Origin: Thermodesulfobacteriota bacterium | Lineage (GTDB): Bacteria > Desulfobacterota > Desulfobulbia > Desulfobulbales > SURF-16 | Direction of reading: 5' to 3' | NCBI GenBank assembly: GCA_039715015.1 | Contig: JBDLIE010000017.1 | Span: forward strand, 1 to 51,018 | DNA: 51,018 nt | Shown: piece after piece, positions 47,911 to 51,018 of the stretch | Layout: each line of letters starts with the position of its first letter | Numbering within the stretch: the first letter of the stretch is position 1 | Program-made: the position numbers and the translations under genes | The notes under the pieces: generated by a model | The model's database searches: none | The model's input: the letters and a program-made list of their open reading frames with translations, nothing else | What the model was told of the DNA's origin: nothing

Positions 47911-48671
47911 GAGCCCTGCCGGTACTCATGGCTGAATCCCTTGTCGTAGAGCCTGCTTTCACTCTTTAACTGACCGGCCAGGACCTGGCCGACAACGATC
48001 ATCGCTGTCTTGGTGATGCCGGCCTCTCTGATCTGCTCGGCAATGGTGGTCAAGGTGCCGCTCACTGTCTGCTCTTCAGGCCAGCTCGCCTTTTCCACCA
48101 CGGCAATGGGGGTGTCAGCCGGGTAGCCGCCGGCCATAAGCTCGTTGACCACTGTGTCGATCATGCCGACACTGAGGAAAATCATCATGGTGGCCTGGTG
48201 GGAGGCCAGAAGCTGCAGGCTCTCCTTTTCAGGCACTGGGGTACGTCCGGCCTGACGGGTGATGATCACGGTCTGGGAAATCTCCGGCAGGGTGAGTTCA
48301 GCCTTCAGTGCTGCGGCCGAGGCCGTGGCCGAGGTAACGCCGGGCACCACCCCATAGGGGATGTTCTGTTCGTCCAGGCGCAGCATCTGTTCCTTGATGG
48401 CTCCGTAAATGGCAGGATCGCCGGTGTGGAGGCGTACCACCTTTTTGCCAGCCTGCTGCCCTTCAGCCAGAAGGGTGGTGGTCTCATCAAGATTAAGAGC
48501 TGCTGAGTTGTGAAGGGAGGCGGAGAGACCGTCCAGCAAAGCTGGATTGACCAGGCTGCCGGCATAGACAATGATATCAGCCTCATCAAGCAGACGTCTG
48601 CCCTTCAGGGTCAGTAACTCCGGGTCACCGGGGCCGGCGCCGACAAAATATATGGGATTGGAATTGTTCAT
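47907..48671 (-). CDS. cobM: Precorrin-4 C11-methyltransferase (CbiF/CobM)
   Basis: FVGAGPGDPELLT, YAGSLV, RLHTGDP, ELTLPEISQTVI, GRTPVPE, SRLYD; GAGG before ATG 48671. Confidence 0.95.
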   Translation of the reverse strand: MNNSNPIYFVGAGPGDPELLTLKGRRLLDEADIIVYAGSLVNPALLDGLSASLHNSAALNLDETTTLLAEGQQAGKKVVRLHTGDPAIYGAIKEQMLRLDEQNIPYGVVPGVTSATASAAALKAELTLPEISQTVIITRQAGRTPVPEKESLQLLASHQATMMIFLSVGMIDTVVNELMAGGYPADTPIAVVEKASWPEEQTVSGTLTTIAEQIREAGITKTAMIVVGQVLAGQLKSESRLYDKGFSHEYRQGS

Positions 48672-48682
48672 AAGCCTCTGTT

Positions 48683-48768
48683 TTTCAACCACAAAGGCTC
48701 AGAGGTTTTTTCTTTGAGTCTTTGCACCCCACAAGGGGGTATTGAAAAGAATACCTCTGTGGTTGAAA
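48683..48768. repeat. Small inverted-repeat (MITE-like) element between cbiL and cbiF
   Basis: TTTCAACCACAAAGG ... CCTCTGTGGTTGAAA (14/15 inverted match). Confidence 0.55.
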
Positions 48769-48792
48769 TTTTAATTTTCTGGGCCTCCATCC

Positions 48793-49506
48793 TTATTTTC
48801 TGATGATGATGGTGGAAAAATAATGGAGGTCAAGGTCAGCGGCTTGGCGCAGGTCGCTATGCACCTTCTGGCCGGCCATACCGCACTGTTCGTAACATAC
48901 AGCCTGGTCAATAAGGTCCAGTTCACCAAGAAGATCAACCAGTCGGGGCATGACATTATGGACCTTCATTAATACCGCCGAGTCGCAGCTAGTCAGGACC
49001 TGGCGAAGACGCTGGTCGTCAAAGGTGGCCGGCACCACAGTGAGAATTTCGCCCCCCAGGCACAGAGGTTGGTTGCCGGTGGCGGAGCAGCAGCTCATGG
49101 CCGTGATACCGGGGATGACCTTGATCTCCATCTCCGGCGCCATCTCTTTGAGGGTGGCGTAGACATAAAAACCGGTGGAGTAAACGGCTGGATCGCCGAG
49201 AGTGGGGAAGGCCACATCACCATCCTTGAGATGGTCAAGGATGAGCTTGGCTGCCTTCTGCCAAGCCGCTTCCACCTCTTGAGTGCTCTTGCCGTTTTGT
49301 ACCTTATGCATGGGGAAACAGACTTCGACAACCTTCTTGTCATCCACATCCATCAGGCCTTTGACAATTCCTAAGGCGGTGGAGTCGCCATTGACCTTTG
49401 CCTTAGGGGCCACCAGGGTGGCGCAGTTTTTCATGGTTCGCAGGCCTTTAACCGTAATAAGTTCTGGATCACCTGGACCGGTGCCGATGATATAAAATGT
49501 ATTCAA
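48793..49506 (-). CDS. cobI: Precorrin-2 C20-methyltransferase (CbiL/CobI)
   Basis: IGTGPGDPELITVKG, FPM, LGDPAVYST, IPGIT, VLMK, HYFSTIII; TTG start. Confidence 0.93.
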   Translation of the reverse strand: MNTFYIIGTGPGDPELITVKGLRTMKNCATLVAPKAKVNGDSTALGIVKGLMDVDDKKVVEVCFPMHKVQNGKSTQEVEAAWQKAAKLILDHLKDGDVAFPTLGDPAVYSTGFYVYATLKEMAPEMEIKVIPGITAMSCCSATGNQPLCLGGEILTVVPATFDDQRLRQVLTSCDSAVLMKVHNVMPRLVDLLGELDLIDQAVCYEQCGMAGQKVHSDLRQAADLDLHYFSTIIIRK

Positions 49507-49565
49507 AATAAAATTCCGTTAAATCGTTATGTTTTTCGCAAGAAAATCCTGTAAGAGATTTTTTT

Positions 49566-49661
49566 GCTCCTACGTGCCGTAGGAGCCCGGCCCCCCGGGC
49601 GATAATAAGGCTTATTGAGCACCTCAGCTCACCCTAATCGCTCGCAGGGGCGAGCTCCTAC
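49566..49661. repeat. GTAG-family REP doublet (REPIN-like), copy 2, plus a remnant GCTCCTAC end
   Basis: GTAGGAGCCCGGCCCCCCGGGCGAT (49579) ... ATCGCTCGCAGGGGCGAGCTCCTAC (49661); inverted relative to copy 1. Confidence 0.85.
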
Positions 49662-49682
49662 TTAATCAGGGGATGTTGTTGG

Positions 49683-50891
49683 TTATTTTCTGCCCCGGAT
49701 AATGGTGATGGGGCTCAGTTTTTCATCCTTTGTCTTATTTTTTCTGGTTACTCTGATTTCTGAGACATCCACTTTCAGCTCCTGTTTCTTCATCAGGGCC
49801 GGGGCAGCTTCGGCTGTTTTGGCAAGGACGGCGTTGGCCACCAGGATACCTCCCTCTTGCAATTTGCCGGCGCACAAGGCGATGATCTCTGAAAGGTTAC
49901 CGCCACTGCCACCGATAAAGACTCGGTCAGGGGCAGGCAGGTCATCCAACACCTCAGGGGCCATGCCCTCAACAAGCTGCACGGTGTGGCATTGGTAATT
50001 CCTGATATTGGCCTTGATATTTTCCACCTCTTCAGGCTGGCGTTCAACAGCATAAACCATCAGACCTGGGGTGAGGCGGCTGGCCTCCAACGCTACCGAA
50101 CCACTACCGGCCCCGATGTCCCAGAGCACTCCTTGCTCCGGTAATTGCAGCTTGTGGAGGGTGGCTGCCCGGACCTCGTCCTTGGTAATCAGGCCGCGGC
50201 TGTGCTGGATGTCTTTTACCTCAAGGCCGAAGCAATAGCTGCGGGGCCGGGGCTGGCGTTTAAAAATCACGACGTTTAAATTACTGAAGCTTTGCCTGCT
50301 GATCTCCTCCAGGTTGCCTGTGGTCAGGCGTTCATCCACTTGTCCCAGGTTTTCGGCCACCATGACCTGGTAGCGTTCGATAGTCTTCGTGTCAGCGACA
50401 GCGGTAAAGGCTTCCAGAAGCTGTCTGCACAGGGCATCTGGGCCATTGTCGCCATCGGTGAAAACCAGCACCTTGTCGTGGGGCAGGAGCAGGGGCAGGA
50501 TATGGTCCGCTTCCCGGCCATGCAGGGAAACAAAGGCTGCATCATCCCACGGCTCCTTGAAGCGGCTGAAGGCGAGCTGGACCGAGGAAAGGGCAGGGTG
50601 GATCTCTAACTGGTCGCGGCCCACGCTCTTTAGCAAGGTGCGGCCAATCCCGAAAAAAAGCGGGTCACCGCTGGCCAGCACCGCCACATTGCCCTTTTGC
50701 AAGCGTTTTGCCACCAGTTCCAGGGTCTGCTGGACCGGGGCAATGGCAATAATCTCTCTCCCCTCAGGCACCATGTGGCGATGGCGGCTGGAAGCAACCA
50801 CCGCCGGGCACTCTTCAAGAAGCTCCCCTGCCTGGCTGGTCAGCCCCTCCGGGCCGATGCCTATGAGAAAGATTTTATGTGCCAAATTCAT
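49683..50891 (-). CDS. cbiE: Bifunctional precorrin-6Y C5,15-methyltransferase CbiE/CbiT (CobL)
   Basis: LASGDPLFFGIG, VSLHGR, GLITKDEVRA, LWDIGAGSGSV, PDRVFIGGSGG. Confidence 0.95.
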   Translation of the reverse strand: MNLAHKIFLIGIGPEGLTSQAGELLEECPAVVASSRHRHMVPEGREIIAIAPVQQTLELVAKRLQKGNVAVLASGDPLFFGIGRTLLKSVGRDQLEIHPALSSVQLAFSRFKEPWDDAAFVSLHGREADHILPLLLPHDKVLVFTDGDNGPDALCRQLLEAFTAVADTKTIERYQVMVAENLGQVDERLTTGNLEEISRQSFSNLNVVIFKRQPRPRSYCFGLEVKDIQHSRGLITKDEVRAATLHKLQLPEQGVLWDIGAGSGSVALEASRLTPGLMVYAVERQPEEVENIKANIRNYQCHTVQLVEGMAPEVLDDLPAPDRVFIGGSGGNLSEIIALCAGKLQEGGILVANAVLAKTAEAAPALMKKQELKVDVSEIRVTRKNKTKDEKLSPITIIRGRK

Positions 50892-50914
50892 CCATTATAC
50901 TCAAAAGTAATTCT

Positions 50915-51018
50915 GTTCCTTTTTGCTTGCCCAAAAAGGAACGCAAAAAGGGCACCCCTAACAGCCCTGGCCTTCGGCACCACTCGCTTTCCGCCGCGCA
51001 AGGGGCATTGCAGAAACT
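50915..51018. repeat. Structured intergenic element, probably a dispersed repeat truncated by the window end
   Basis: Hairpin GTTCCTTTTTG-N6-CAAAAAGGAAC followed by CAAAAAGGGCACCCC. Confidence 0.35.

Noticed and set aside
50892..51018. Cobalamin riboswitch upstream of cbiET
   Set aside because: Conserved B12-box and GGGAA/GCCACTG core not seen in the available 127 nt

Overview
A 51 kb bacterial chromosomal window; gene content and style suggest an anaerobic Desulfobacterota (Desulfobulbaceae-like) genome (inference). Layout: (1) 1-16 kb, a visibly GC-richer accessory block of lipid-remodelling and stress genes (nfeD-slipin-ACP/FAAL/acyltransferase-FACL operon, pcm, HPF-CSD fusion, two alpha/beta hydrolases, a secreted MerB-like+NosL fusion, M28 peptidase, PfpI, orphan GemA-like, CBS); (2) 16.6-28.6 kb, hsp20-lon, orphan feoA with a DtxR-type box, a J-domain/MshEN-like protein, M48-TPR protease, flavodoxin-like, HemY-type oxidase, HD-GYP, GNAT, a pseudogene missed by the ORF track and an ICMT-family gene; (3) 28.8-39.3 kb, a type II secretion operon with a sigma-54-type promoter and lipoprotein secretin; (4) 39.7-42.1 kb, divergent from it, two paralogous secreted proteins each made of a duplicated domain with a 'MAD(R/N)I' heptad repeat, followed by tRNA-Arg(ACG); (5) an orphan AAA+ ATPase with a perfect Fur box in its promoter, and a cobalamin operon (cbiET-L-F-G-H) ending in a coupled kinase-fold gene. 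Two GTAG-type REP doublets and two other repeat-like hairpins are present. Best candidate for an undescribed system: the T2SS plus the MADRI-repeat protein pair; second: the periplasmic MerB-like/NosL fusion. All calls are from motif recognition by eye; no searches were run.
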